The position numbers and the translations under genes were made by a program. A stretch of DNA of 64,000 bases, taken from Candidatus Omnitrophota bacterium. GTDB taxonomy: Bacteria; Omnitrophota; Omnitrophia; JAHJGZ01. The notes below the pieces were generated by a model. The model was not told the DNA's origin. It did not search any database and worked only from the letters and a program-made list of their open reading frames with translations. Where the stretch lies: contig JAHJGZ010000081.1 of NCBI GenBank assembly GCA_018823795.1, forward strand, positions 44,325 through 108,324, read 5' to 3'. This document shows positions 37,048-47,660 of this stretch, in pieces (position 1 is the first letter of the stretch; every line of letters starts with the position of its first letter).

Positions 37048-37488
37048 GTGGATATCACAGAGGTGAAAATCTTCAGGAAAGACACAAGTGATAAGAAATT
37101 AAAAGCGTTTGCAACAGTAACTTTTGATGATTGCTTTGTTGTGCGCGATCTCAAAGTTATTGACGGAACTAAAGGACCGTTCGTTGCAATGCCCTCACGC
37201 CGAATGAAAGAGCCATGCCAGGGTTGCGGGCATCGTAATGTCGTACGGAGTAAGCATTGTAACAATTGTGGCAAAACTTTAGAAGTGCGGACGAATGTTT
37301 CACGACAGGATGAACATAAAGACATTGCCCATCCTATTACGTTAGCATTTCGGGAAGTTATCCAAAAGGCTGTGCTCGATGCGTATGATTCTGGGAGCAA
37401 CTACACTCATACGAAAAATCCGTCTTCTGATAAGCCTTCTGATGCCGGCTCAGGCGGTCATGTTCCTCCAGTGGATGATGCGTTCTAA
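37048..37488 (+). CDS. spoVG: SpoVG-family protein with an inserted CxxC..CxxC zinc ribbon
   Basis: ITEVKIFRK..KLKAFATVTFDDCFVVRDLKVIDG..GPFVAMPSRR and DIAHPIT flank the insertion CQGCGHRNVVRSKHCNNCG. GTG start. Confidence 0.85.
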   Translation: MDITEVKIFRKDTSDKKLKAFATVTFDDCFVVRDLKVIDGTKGPFVAMPSRRMKEPCQGCGHRNVVRSKHCNNCGKTLEVRTNVSRQDEHKDIAHPITLAFREVIQKAVLDAYDSGSNYTHTKNPSSDKPSDAGSGGHVPPVDDAF

Positions 37489-37530
37489 AAGAATACTGCT
37501 GAGCGAGACAAGGTTTCCTCTTATTTTTAT

Positions 37531-37604
37531 TGCCCGGTAGTGTAATGGTAACACAACGGCTTTTGGAGCCGTCTTTCGTGGTTCGAATCCACGCCGGGCA
37601 GCCA
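37531..37604 (+). tRNA. tRNA-Gln (anticodon TTG) with encoded CCA
   Basis: Cloverleaf read by hand: acceptor TGCCCGG/CCGGGCA, anticodon stem ACGGC/GCCGT with loop TTTTGGA, T-arm GTGGTTCGAATCCAC, 3-prime GCCA. Confidence 0.9.
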
Positions 37605-37754
37605 ATAAAGTTGGGGTCAACACAGAGCTTGATTTTTAAATAGAACACGTGCGTATGTGCCAACGACCGCCTATCATGATGAAAAGGTCATCGGTAGGCG
37701 TTTCATAATTAGGGCACAGGATAAAAAACTTTTCATAATAAGGAATAATGACTT

Positions 37755-39011
37755 ATGACGGAACGATGTTCATTTTGCGGACGAGATAAGAAAAAAGAAA
37801 TAAAAAAGATTTTTGCAGGCCCCGGGGTCTACATTTGCGATATTTGTGTTGCTATTTGCTACGAAATCCTTGAAAAAGAGACCGGCAAAAAGAAAGGGAC
37901 GGACACCCCCCCGGAGCTGCACATTCCAAAACCACGCACCATAAAAGAGCAGCTCGATAAATATGTCATCGGGCAGGAACGGGCGAAAAAGCAACTTGCG
38001 GTCGGCGTTCACAATCATTACAAAAGGATCATGAGCGAGGCGACCATCGATGATGTCGAACTTGAGAAGAGTAATATTCTTCTCATCGGGCCGACCGGTT
38101 GCGGAAAAACGCTTCTGGCACGGACTCTGGCGAAACTGCTTGATGTGCCCCTTGCCATTTGTGATGCAACAACCCTGACTGAAGCGGGCTATGTTGGTGA
38201 AGATGTCGAAAATGTTTTGCTCAGACTTCTGCAGACCGCCAATTTTGATGCTCGTCGAGCACGGATGGGTATTGTCTACATTGATGAAATAGATAAAATT
38301 GCAAAGACATCTGATAATGTTTCAATTACGCGTGATGTGTCAGGCGAAGGGGTGCAACAGGCGCTCCTGAAGATTTTAGAAGGTACGACGAGTAATGTTC
38401 CTCCGCAGGGCGGACGCAAACATCCGCAGCAGGAATACATTCAGATCGATACGAAAAATATTCTTTTTATTTGCGGCGGCGCGTTCTCAAATCTCGATAA
38501 ACTTATTGAACGAAGAAGTGCCAAAAAAACCATGGGTTTTGGTTCTGAGGCGATCAGCAAAAAAGATAAAAATATCGGTGATGTTCTTCGCCATGTCGAA
38601 ACAGAAGATCTTCTCAAATATGGCTTTATTCCTGAATTTATCGGACGGTTTCCCATCATAACGACGTTCGACAGCCTTTCGGAGGAGGATTTAGTGCAGG
38701 TTTTGACGAAACCGAAAAATGCATTAATAAAGCAGTACGCGCAGTATTTTAAAATGGAAAATGTTGCCCTAAACTTTACCGAAGACGCGCTCCAAGAGAT
38801 TGCGCGAGCCGCGCTTAAGAAAAAAACCGGGGCACGGGCACTGCGTTCCATTTTGGAAGATATTATGTTGGACGTCATGTACAACTTACCATCTGAAGAG
38901 CAGGTGGTTGAATGTATCATTGATGAAGACACCGTAAAGAAAAAAAAGGAACCAAAACTTATTCGGGCAAAAGATGTGAGCGATGATGAGAAAAAAGAAA
39001 AAACTGCCTGA
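37755..39011 (+). CDS. clpX: ATP-dependent Clp protease ATP-binding subunit ClpX
   Basis: N-terminal zinc finger [19 protein letters not shown] Walker [10 protein letters not shown]. Confidence 0.95.
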   Translation: MTERCSFCGRDKKKEIKKIFAGPGVYICDICVAICYEILEKETGKKKGTDTPPELHIPKPRTIKEQLDKYVIGQERAKKQLAVGVHNHYKRIMSEATIDDVELEKSNILLIGPTGCGKTLLARTLAKLLDVPLAICDATTLTEAGYVGEDVENVLLRLLQTANFDARRARMGIVYIDEIDKIAKTSDNVSITRDVSGEGVQQALLKILEGTTSNVPPQGGRKHPQQEYIQIDTKNILFICGGAFSNLDKLIERRSAKKTMGFGSEAISKKDKNIGDVLRHVETEDLLKYGFIPEFIGRFPIITTFDSLSEEDLVQVLTKPKNALIKQYAQYFKMENVALNFTEDALQEIARAALKKKTGARALRSILEDIMLDVMYNLPSEEQVVECIIDEDTVKKKKEPKLIRAKDVSDDEKKEKTA

Positions 39012-39024
39012 AAAAAGCGAGTAG

Positions 39025-39942
39025 GTGCGGGGAATGAAAGGGATCAAATTAAGCGCAACAGCAAAAGAGACGTTGGGTGGATACGCATTTTTGCTTCCTA
39101 ATTTTTTGGGGTTTCTTGTGTTTACCTCGATTCCGGTAATTGTTTCTTTCGGGCTTGCTTTTTACCAATGGGATTTACTCACGCCTGCCCATTTTGTCGG
39201 GCTGGAAAATTTCGTCAAGCTCATTCAGGATAAAGAATTTTGGTATTATTGTTACAATACGGTCTTTCTCATGCTTGCTATTCCGGTGAGTATTTTCGCC
39301 TCCCTCGGACTGGCGGTTATGTTAAACAAAAGTATTCGGGGAATAGTCTTTTACCGGACGATTTATTTTCTCCCCACCATTAGCTCAGGTGTTGCTATTT
39401 TTGTTCTGTGGCGTTGGATTTACAATACCGATATCGGACTTTTAAACACCATAATTCGCCAATTTGGCGATCTCATTCATGTCAATCTACAAGGGGTTCC
39501 GTGGCTCACGAATGAGAAATGGGCTAAACCGGCGTTGGTCATTATGGGCATCTGGCAGACGGTGGGAGGTCCCAATATGATTCTGTATTTGGCAGCACTC
39601 CAGGGGGTGCCCCGTGCGCTGTACGAAGCGGCGGATATTGACGGAGCGAACGGCTGGCAGAAATTTTGGCATATTACGTGGCCTATGATTTCACCGACCA
39701 CTTTTTTTATTATGATTATGAGTATTATCGGCGGTTTTCAATCAGGATTCGATGCAGCTTACATCATGACCGGTGGCGGACCGAATCATGCAACGACGAC
39801 CATTATGTTTTACATTTATGAAAATGCGTTCAGCTGGCATTACATGGGATATGCGGCGGCGATTTCGTGGGTGTTATTTATTATTATTCTGATATTTACG
39901 CTCCTTAACTGGCGGGCGGGAGGCAAACGTGTTCACTATTAA
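39025..39942 (+). CDS. Carbohydrate ABC transporter permease (MalF/UgpA-like)
   Basis: 6-TM protein with the EAA loop YEAADIDGANGWQKFWHITWP. Confidence 0.85.
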   Translation: MRGMKGIKLSATAKETLGGYAFLLPNFLGFLVFTSIPVIVSFGLAFYQWDLLTPAHFVGLENFVKLIQDKEFWYYCYNTVFLMLAIPVSIFASLGLAVMLNKSIRGIVFYRTIYFLPTISSGVAIFVLWRWIYNTDIGLLNTIIRQFGDLIHVNLQGVPWLTNEKWAKPALVIMGIWQTVGGPNMILYLAALQGVPRALYEAADIDGANGWQKFWHITWPMISPTTFFIMIMSIIGGFQSGFDAAYIMTGGGPNHATTTIMFYIYENAFSWHYMGYAAAISWVLFIIILIFTLLNWRAGGKRVHY

Positions 39943-40831
39943 TAATCAGCAACGGATAGACAATGGTGCCATGGCACGTGCGCACCGACAAAAAAAAGAG
40001 CGTGTGAAAAAGATAATCAGATACGCCTTAATCTCGCTCGGTGCACTGGTGATGCTGTATCCTTTTATCTGGATGATTAATACTTCTCTTTCACCGCTCC
40101 GTGATCTGTGGCAAGAGAAGGAACACTGGTGGCAGTACTGGGCGCCGAGTGGATTCGAAATCGGGAATTATGTGAATGTGTGGACGCAACGGGTGTTACC
40201 GTTTGGTCGTGCGTATCTCAATAGCATTTTTGTTTCTGTGTTAACGACTGTCGGCGTGTTGCTGACGAGTTCACTTGCCGGGTATTCATTTGCACGGCTT
40301 CATTTTAAAGGCAGAGATAAAATCTTTTTTGTGTATCTGGCGACGATGATGATACCGGGGGCGGTAACGATGATACCGGTCTACATCCTCTTGCGGACGA
40401 TGGGGTGGGTCGATACGTACAAAGCGGTGATTATCCCGGGAATTTTTACCGCGTATGGTACCTTTATGTTGCGGCAGTTTTTTATGACGTTGCCGGCAGA
40501 TTTAGAAGATGCTGCCAAAATAGACGGGTGTTCTCTTTTGGGGATTTATTGGCGGATTATTCTTCCCCTGTCAAAACCAGCGCTCGCAACGTTAGGGACG
40601 TTTACGTTTATGGGAGCATGGATGAATTTCATGTGGCCGCTCATCGTTCTTAATTCGCAGGAGAAATACACGTTGCCGGTCCTGTTGTCGTATTTTCAGT
40701 CGCAGTATCATACGAATTACACCATGCTCATGGCTGCCTCCGCAATGTATGTGCTGCCGATTATTGTGGTTTTTTTATTCTGCCAACGCTTTTTTGTGGA
40801 AGGTATTAAACTTTCAGGAATTAAAGGATAG
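39929..40831 (+). CDS. Carbohydrate ABC transporter permease (MalG/UgpE-like)
   Basis: EAA loop EDAAKIDGCSLLGIYWRIILP. GTG start preceded by GGGAGG. Overlaps the upstream permease gene. Confidence 0.85.
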   Translation: MFTINNQQRIDNGAMARAHRQKKERVKKIIRYALISLGALVMLYPFIWMINTSLSPLRDLWQEKEHWWQYWAPSGFEIGNYVNVWTQRVLPFGRAYLNSIFVSVLTTVGVLLTSSLAGYSFARLHFKGRDKIFFVYLATMMIPGAVTMIPVYILLRTMGWVDTYKAVIIPGIFTAYGTFMLRQFFMTLPADLEDAAKIDGCSLLGIYWRIILPLSKPALATLGTFTFMGAWMNFMWPLIVLNSQEKYTLPVLLSYFQSQYHTNYTMLMAASAMYVLPIIVVFLFCQRFFVEGIKLSGIKG

Positions 40832-40838
40832 TTTTTTT

Positions 40839-42089
40839 ATGAAAGATATTGCAGCAGTCATATTAGCAGCAGGTAAGGGGACGCGGATGAAATCGGCGCT
40901 GCCAAAAGTAGTGCACAAAGTCTGCGGCGTGCCGCTTATTCTTCATGTGGTGCGGCAGGTAAAACGGGCAGGGATAAAAAAAATAGTTGTGGTAGCGGGC
41001 TACCGAAAAGATCTGGTGGTGGATTGTTTAAAAAATGAGCGTGTTGAGATTGTTGAACAGGCGCGACAACTGGGCACGGGGCACGCACTGTTAGTCAGTG
41101 CGCAAAAATTACGCTCCTTTAACGGCGACATTTTGGTATTGGACGGTGATGTGTTTTTTGAAGATAAAACCGTTCTGAGGCAATTTTTCACGTTTCATGC
41201 AAAACGTTGCGTTGAGATGAGTATCCTGACGACCACTTTGGACAACCCCTTTGGGTATGGACGCATTGTACGGGAGTCCAACGAAAAGGTTGTTGCGATT
41301 CGCGAAGAGCTTGATGCAACGCCGAGTGAGCGGAAAATAAAGGAAATCAATACCGGCATTTACCTTTTTAAGAGCAAAAATCTTTTTTCATACTTAAAAG
41401 GGGTGAAGAAGAATAATAGAAAAAAGGAATACTATTTAACATCCGTTGTCGATATGTATCTTCAGAAACAAAAAAATGTCGGTTGTTTTAATATCGACGG
41501 CACGCATGCAATTTTAGGGGTCAACGACCGTGTGCAGCTCTCAGCAATTCAAAAGAGTCTCCAGGCCGTGATTATCCGTGAACATCAAAGAAAGGGCGTG
41601 ACCGTTGTCGATCCGGCAAATACTTACATTGAAGATGGGGTAGCGATTGGGCGTGATACCTGTATTTATCCGTACACCTACATTGAAAAAAATGTCCGTA
41701 TTGGTGCAGGGTGTACCATCGGCCCGTTTTGTAAAATTTGTTCCCATTCGTTCATCAAGGATGATGCTCATATCGGATCGTTCGTTGAAATTGTACGGTC
41801 TCGTATTGGACAGAAAACGAGGATTAAACATTTAAGTTACATCGGTGATGCGACCATCGGTCGTCAGGTCAATATTGGGGCGGGTACGATTACGGCAAAC
41901 TATGACGGCATAAAGAAACATAAAACAAAGATTGGTGATAAGGCATTTATTGGTTCTGATACGATTTTAGTCGCACCGCTTACTGTTGGTAAAGAGGCAA
42001 AGACCGGTGCGGGGACCGTTGTTCCAAAGGGGAGAAACATACCGCGACGGAGGACCGCTGTTGGTATTCCGGCCCGCATTATTAAATAA
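40839..42089 (+). CDS. glmU: Bifunctional GlcNAc-1-P uridyltransferase / GlcN-1-P acetyltransferase
   Basis: ILAAGKGTRMKS N-terminus and C-terminal left-handed beta-helix hexapeptide repeats. Confidence 0.9.
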   Translation: MKDIAAVILAAGKGTRMKSALPKVVHKVCGVPLILHVVRQVKRAGIKKIVVVAGYRKDLVVDCLKNERVEIVEQARQLGTGHALLVSAQKLRSFNGDILVLDGDVFFEDKTVLRQFFTFHAKRCVEMSILTTTLDNPFGYGRIVRESNEKVVAIREELDATPSERKIKEINTGIYLFKSKNLFSYLKGVKKNNRKKEYYLTSVVDMYLQKQKNVGCFNIDGTHAILGVNDRVQLSAIQKSLQAVIIREHQRKGVTVVDPANTYIEDGVAIGRDTCIYPYTYIEKNVRIGAGCTIGPFCKICSHSFIKDDAHIGSFVEIVRSRIGQKTRIKHLSYIGDATIGRQVNIGAGTITANYDGIKKHKTKIGDKAFIGSDTILVAPLTVGKEAKTGAGTVVPKGRNIPRRRTAVGIPARIIK

Positions 42090-42140
42090 AGAGTGTTGTT
42101 AACAGAGCTAAAAAAGAAAAAGAAAAAGAGGGTGCTGCCA

Positions 42141-43097
42141 ATGAAAAATTCATTAACCATTTTGAGTGGTAATGCAAATCGCTCGTTAAGTGGATCGATA
42201 TGTAAAGAATTAGGGGTGCCGTTAGGAAAATCAGTGATCGGACGGTTTCCTGAGGGGGAAATTAAGGTACAACTCAAAGAAAATATCCGCGGACGCGATA
42301 TCTTTATTATTCAGTCTATGTGTACGCCGGTTAATGATCATTTAATGGAACTTTTCTGCTTGATCGATGCGGCCAAACGGGCATCGGCTGAGCGCATCAC
42401 GGCAGTGTTGCCCTATTACGCTTATGCACGGCAGGATCGAAAAGATCGGCCGCGGGTTCCGATTACGGCAAAGTTAATCGCGAATCTTTTGGTGACCGCC
42501 GGTGCGAACAGAATATTGACGATGGATCTGCATGCCGGCCAGATTCAGGGATTCTTTGATATTCCGGTGGATCATTTGTATTCCATTAAGGTTCTTATTG
42601 GCTACCTCAGATCGAAAAAAATAAAGAATCTTGTTGTGGTGACCCCCGATGTGGGCGGGATTAAAATGGCGCGTGCGTATTCAAATATGTTGAAGGCGCC
42701 GCTGGCCATTATTGATAAGCGGCGGGAAGATGAACATTCGGTCAAGGTAATGAATTTAATTGGTGAAGTAAAAGATAAGAATGTCATTCTCGTCGATGAT
42801 TTAGTTTCAACGGGTGGATCGTTGGTCGAAGCGGCATCTGCGTTGAAAAAATTTGGGGCACACGATATTTATGCGGCAGTCGTTCATCCGGTATTAGCCG
42901 GGCCTGCTGCTGTGCGGTTGAAATCAAGCGTCATAAAGGAATTTATTACGTCGGATACCATTCCGATTTCAAACGAGAAAAGATCAAAAAAAATAACAGT
43001 ACTTTCGGTAGCACCACTTCTTGCCGAGGCAATTAAACGCATTCATGAAAATACATCGGTGAGTTCGTTATTTGCTCGTGCGTCGGTGGAGGCATAA
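42141..43097 (+). CDS. prs: Ribose-phosphate pyrophosphokinase
   Basis: RFPEGEIKV, YYAYARQDRK, DLHAGQIQGFF, VDDLVSTGGS. Confidence 0.95.
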   Translation: MKNSLTILSGNANRSLSGSICKELGVPLGKSVIGRFPEGEIKVQLKENIRGRDIFIIQSMCTPVNDHLMELFCLIDAAKRASAERITAVLPYYAYARQDRKDRPRVPITAKLIANLLVTAGANRILTMDLHAGQIQGFFDIPVDHLYSIKVLIGYLRSKKIKNLVVVTPDVGGIKMARAYSNMLKAPLAIIDKRREDEHSVKVMNLIGEVKDKNVILVDDLVSTGGSLVEAASALKKFGAHDIYAAVVHPVLAGPAAVRLKSSVIKEFITSDTIPISNEKRSKKITVLSVAPLLAEAIKRIHENTSVSSLFARASVEA

Positions 43098-43138
43098 AAG
43101 GTACAACTAACATTCGTTAAGAAGAGAGGAGCAGTATC

Positions 43139-43831
43139 ATGGCAACAATAGATTTACAGGCAAAAGTGCGGTCGATTATCGGAGGCCGTCATCCCAAACG
43201 ATTACGAAAGAAAGAAATTATCCCTGCTATTGTGTATGGACGCGGGACAACGGCAACGTCTATTCAAGTGGCACGCGGTGAACTAGAACACGCGTTGCAT
43301 ACGAGCGCCGGTGAGAATATTCTCATACAGTTGAAGTTTGCCGACGATGCGAGTAAAGACACGACGGTTATTATTAAAGACGTACAACACTCGATAATTA
43401 CTGATCAGATTGACCACGTCGATTTCAGCGTTATTTCCTTAACAGAAAAAGTGCGTGTTCGTGTACACATACACACAAAAGGGGAAGCTGAAGGGACGAA
43501 GGAGGGCGGTATTCTTGATGTCGTCCGCCGGGAAGTTGAGGTTGAATGTCTTCCCACAAAAATTCCGGACCGTATTGATGTTTCTGTCGAAGCCCTTAAA
43601 ATTAATGACAGTATTCATGTGAAGGAATTGGTTTTCCCTGAAGGGGTGGAATGTTTAGAAGACCCTGAGGCGACGGTGATCGTTGTTCTGACGCCGAAAA
43701 CTGAGGTTGAAGCAGTTCCTACAGAAGGTGAAGCTGTTGAAGGTGCTGAAGGGACGGTTCAGGAACCTGAAGTTATTAAAAAGGGTAAAGCAGAACCCGA
43801 GGGTGAAGCAGCAGCAGCAGCAGCAGAATAA
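43139..43831 (+). CDS. rplY: 50S ribosomal protein bL25 (Ctc form)
   Basis: RKKEIIPAIVYG N-terminus and an acidic C-terminal extension. Followed by pth. Confidence 0.9.
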   Translation: MATIDLQAKVRSIIGGRHPKRLRKKEIIPAIVYGRGTTATSIQVARGELEHALHTSAGENILIQLKFADDASKDTTVIIKDVQHSIITDQIDHVDFSVISLTEKVRVRVHIHTKGEAEGTKEGGILDVVRREVEVECLPTKIPDRIDVSVEALKINDSIHVKELVFPEGVECLEDPEATVIVVLTPKTEVEAVPTEGEAVEGAEGTVQEPEVIKKGKAEPEGEAAAAAAE

Positions 43832-43873
43832 AATGTGTGTGATAGTGGAGCGCTCTGGCGCTTGTGTATTGTT

Positions 43874-44422
43874 ATGAAATTAATCGTTGGGTTAGGTAAT
43901 CCGGGAAGAACGTACAAGAAGAATCGTCACAATCTCGGCTTTTTAGCATTAGATAGTGTAGCGCATCATTGTAAGGTCAAAATTGCGAAGCGAAAATTTA
44001 ATGCGTTGCATACCGTCGTTACGTTGGGTGGCGAACAGATCGTATTAGTGAAACCGCTTACCTTTATGAATTTAAGCGGAAAAGCGGTTCGTTCATTTAT
44101 TGATTATTACGATATCGATTTTCAGCATGATCTTTTAGTGATTGTTGATGATGTTCATCTTTCTTTTGGAAAGATGCGCATCCGTAAGCAAGGCAGTGCT
44201 GGCGGGCATAATGGTTTGCATTCCATTATTGTTTCGTTAGAAACTCCCCTGTTTGCGCGGTTACGCGTGGGTATTGATAAACCCTTGCACGAGGGTTGCT
44301 TAACGTCACATGTCCTCGGTAATTTTTCTAAAGAAGAAGCAGGACAAGTTCCCGAGATATTAGAGGCGGTTAAAGAGGTCATTGTGCGCTGGTGTGAAAA
44401 GGGAACTGCCGCATGTATGTAG
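43874..44422 (+). CDS. pth: Peptidyl-tRNA hydrolase
   Basis: MKLIVGLGNPG..Y..NRHNLGF, GGHNGL. Confidence 0.9.
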   Translation: MKLIVGLGNPGRTYKKNRHNLGFLALDSVAHHCKVKIAKRKFNALHTVVTLGGEQIVLVKPLTFMNLSGKAVRSFIDYYDIDFQHDLLVIVDDVHLSFGKMRIRKQGSAGGHNGLHSIIVSLETPLFARLRVGIDKPLHEGCLTSHVLGNFSKEEAGQVPEILEAVKEVIVRWCEKGTAACM

Positions 44423-44491
44423 CAGTTTAAGGCATAGAATAAAAGAAGGGTTGGTTATCCTAACCCATTGCTGCGGAAGCTATTAAATTTC

Positions 44492-44520
44492 TTGATATCA
44501 CAAAAACTATGTGTTAGAAT
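44492..44520 (+). promoter_or_regulatory. Putative sigma70-type promoter for the rpsF-ssb-rpsR-rplI operon
   Basis: TTGATA, 17-nt spacer, TAGAAT, about 87 nt upstream of ATG 44607. Confidence 0.5.
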
Positions 44521-44606
44521 ACCGCACTTTGAGCACGATAAAAGAGGGGCTGATTGAGTAAATAAACAGGTACAATAGTACAAGAAATGGGGGATGGGTA
44601 AAACCA

Positions 44607-44912
44607 ATGGTAAGACAGTATGAATGCATATTAATTTTTGATCCGACGTTAGATGAAACGGTGTTGACGCAAGAGATAAAAACGGCCGAAGATTTCATTA
44701 AGAATAATGGAGGTAACGTAAGCAATAAATCTGTTCCTAAAAAAACAGTTCTGGGGTATCGAATCAAAAGGAGAAAAGAAGGACACTACATTATTCTTGA
44801 TTTTACGCTTGATACGACCAAGGTAAAAGAATTCAATAATGTGTTAAACCTTAAGGAAACGCTATTACGGTTTAATCTTATTGTAAAAAAGGAAAAAGCA
44901 GCGGTTGCATAA
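44607..44912 (+). CDS. rpsF: 30S ribosomal protein bS6
   Basis: RQYECILIFDP N-terminus and operon context. Confidence 0.9.
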   Translation: MVRQYECILIFDPTLDETVLTQEIKTAEDFIKNNGGNVSNKSVPKKTVLGYRIKRRKEGHYIILDFTLDTTKVKEFNNVLNLKETLLRFNLIVKKEKAAVA

Positions 44913-44929
44913 TAAAGGAGTCCGAAACC

Positions 44930-45412
44930 ATGGCAGCGAATTTAAATAAGGTTTTTGTTATTGGTAATTTGACCCGTGATCCGGAATTGCGGTATGTCCC
45001 CTCAGGACAGGCTGTTACATCATTCACCGTCGCGGTGAACAGGGTGTACAAAGATCAAGCGGGAGAAAAAAAGGAAGAAGCAACTTTCCTGAGAGTGGTT
45101 ACTTGGGGAAAACGGGCTGAAGTGTGCAATGAATATTTGAAAAAGGGAAGTTCTGTTTTTGTTGAAGGGCGATTACAGAGCCGCAATTGGCAAGCACAAG
45201 ACGGTTCAAAACGAACAACGATGGAAATTGTTGCACAAAGTGTTCAGTTTTTGGCCCGCAGTGGCAGTGGGCGAAAAGAGGCACCGCACACGCCTGCGAA
45301 AAGCAGCAAAGAAGAGATGATCGTTGATGATTCATTTGCAGCGGGTGATGAAGGACAGTCTATTAATATTACCCCCAATGAATTGTCTCCTGATGATGAA
45401 GTTCCTTTTTAA
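44930..45412 (+). CDS. ssb: Single-stranded DNA-binding protein
   Basis: NKVFVIGNLTRDPELRY OB-fold N-terminus and C-terminal acidic tip DDEVPF. Confidence 0.9.
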   Translation: MAANLNKVFVIGNLTRDPELRYVPSGQAVTSFTVAVNRVYKDQAGEKKEEATFLRVVTWGKRAEVCNEYLKKGSSVFVEGRLQSRNWQAQDGSKRTTMEIVAQSVQFLARSGSGRKEAPHTPAKSSKEEMIVDDSFAAGDEGQSINITPNELSPDDEVPF

Positions 45413-45482
45413 TGAATAGCGACAGCGTTTTGCAATAAAAAGTAGCATTTAAAATGAGTAATAACATACGTAAGGAGAGAGA

Positions 45483-45725
45483 ATGTTTGAAGACAAGTTT
45501 GAGAAATCATGGAGAAGTCCCAAAGCGGGGCCTTGTAAATTTTGTAAAAAAACAAGTAGTGGTATCGATTACAAAGATGTAGCATTCCTGCAGACCTTTA
45601 CGACTGAACGGGGGAAAATTCTTCCGCAACGAATGACCGGATGTTGTTCAAAACATCAGCGAATGGTAGCACGTGCGATAAAATGTGCCCGCCATTCTGC
45701 GCTGATGCCCTTTCAGACGGGCTAA
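45483..45725 (+). CDS. rpsR: 30S ribosomal protein bS18
   Basis: IDYKDVAFLQTFTTERGKILPQRMTG..KHQR. Confidence 0.9.
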   Translation: MFEDKFEKSWRSPKAGPCKFCKKTSSGIDYKDVAFLQTFTTERGKILPQRMTGCCSKHQRMVARAIKCARHSALMPFQTG

Positions 45726-45769
45726 AGGATGATGATAGTCGTTACTGATAAAAGAGAGGATTAAAAACG

Positions 45770-46213
45770 ATGGAAATAATTTTATTAGCGGATGTTGAAA
45801 AGGTAGGTAAAACCGGCGATGTTGTCAAGGTGAAAGACGGTTATCTGCGTAATTACCTTATGCCGCGTAAGCTGGCAGTGCTGTGTACAAAAAATAATCG
45901 TAAAATAGTAGAAGATCAGATACGTTTAGCCGATCGCCGCAGAGAGAAAGAAAAACAAAGTTTCGTCCAGCTTGCAGAAAAAATCGAAAAAATGTCATGT
46001 ACTATTAGCGTTCAAGCAGGCGAAGAAGATAAATTGTATGGCACCGTAACAAATGTTGATATTCAAAAAGCATTAGCACTCGAAGGTGTTGAGATCGATA
46101 AGCGAAAAATCAGTTTTGAAGAGCCAATCAAAAAACTTGGCATTTACACCGTTACGGTGGAGCTCCACCCCGACGTTAAAACATCACTAAAAGTGTGGGT
46201 CGTCAAGGAATAA
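45770..46213 (+). CDS. rplI: 50S ribosomal protein bL9
   Basis: MEIILLADVEKVGKTGDVVKVKDGYLRNYLMP. Confidence 0.9.
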   Translation: MEIILLADVEKVGKTGDVVKVKDGYLRNYLMPRKLAVLCTKNNRKIVEDQIRLADRRREKEKQSFVQLAEKIEKMSCTISVQAGEEDKLYGTVTNVDIQKALALEGVEIDKRKISFEEPIKKLGIYTVTVELHPDVKTSLKVWVVKE

Positions 46214-46289
46214 TGCTTGGCAGTAGATTGATCTTTCATTTGAGATAAGCCCGCAACGCGTCATCTTTTTAGAAAGAGTATACTAACCT

Positions 46290-47639
46290 ATGGTTGTTAC
46301 TGAAAAGCTGCCCCCACAAAATATCGAAGCAGAAGCCGGTGTTTTAGGCGCCATTCTTTGTGCTCCCGATTCAATTAATAAAGTTATTGAAATGCTCCGT
46401 CCGGACTATTTCTATCTCGAATCTCATCAAAAATTATTTCGTGTGATGTTTGATCTTTTTGATAAAGGACGTCCGGTCGATTTGATCACGGTTACCGAAG
46501 GCCTCAAGGCACGCAAAGAGTTAGATGTGGTGCAGGGGGGAGCCTATCTTTCAGAACTGACGAATATGGTTTCTACCTCGGCGCATATCATGCAACATGC
46601 GCAGATCGTTAAAGAAAAGTTTTTCCTCCGCTCATTAATTGCTGCAGCAACACAGATCGTTGAAGAATCCTATGACCCCAGCGGTGATGTCGATACGGTA
46701 TTGGATGCAGCGGAAAATCGAATTTTTCAGATTAGCGGACAAAAGGTGGAGGGACAAGTTCTTTGTATTAAGGATTTGATCAAAGATAGCATTGAAACGA
46801 TCGATTCGTTGTATCAGCGCAAAGAGCTGGTGACCGGGATTCCCACGGGGTTTTTTAAACTTGATGAAATGACATCCGGATTTCATAAAGCGGATTTAGT
46901 TATTGTTGCCGGCCGTCCATCGATGGGGAAATCCGCACTTGCCTTATCAATATGTGAACACGTTGCCGTTGATAATAAAATTCCGGTTGCCTATTTTTCT
47001 CTCGAAATGAGCAGAGAGCAGTTAGTGCAACGCCTTTTATGTTCACGCGCCCGGGTCAATGCACAGCATGTGCGCACCGGCTTTCTTTCTACCAAAGATT
47101 GGCCGAAATTAACCAGTGCGGCGGGGAAACTGTCTGAGGCGCCTATTTACATTGATGATTCACCGTCGATGACGGCGTTTGAAATCAGGGCAAAAGCGCG
47201 ACGGCTTAAGTCGAAACACGATATTCAACTTATTGTTATTGATTATTTACAATTAATGCATAGTGGCGGGCGGGTAGAAAATAGGCAGCAATAAATTACT
47301 GAAATTTCACGGCGTCTTAAAGCACTTGCGCGTGAGATTAAAGTTCCGGTGATTGCGGTGAGTCAGCTTTCTCGTGCTGTTGAGGCTCGTCAAGAGAAAC
47401 GGCCGCAGCTTTCTGACCTCAGAGAGTCAGGGTCGATTGAACAAGATGCAGACGTGGTGCTTCTCTTAATACGGGAAGAATATTACAACCCCACACCGGA
47501 AAATAAAGGCAAGGCAGAAATTATTATTGCAAAGCAACGCAATGGACCGGTGGGATCAATCCAGTTAGCATTTTTAAAAGAACTGACTCGTTTTGAAAAT
47601 TTGTCTATGCGCGATGACGATAATGAGTATAATTATTAA
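46290..47639 (+). pseudogene. dnaB: Replicative DNA helicase DnaB with a single in-frame TAA (47292-47294)
   Basis: The two ORF-track pieces (46290..47294 and 47349..47639) share one frame. Read through, the sequence is ...[32 protein letters not shown]..., where the stop replaces the conserved Glu of the NRQQE(V/I)SEISR motif. Confidence 0.85.
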
Positions 47640-47660
47640 TGGAGTAAAAAATATTTTTTA

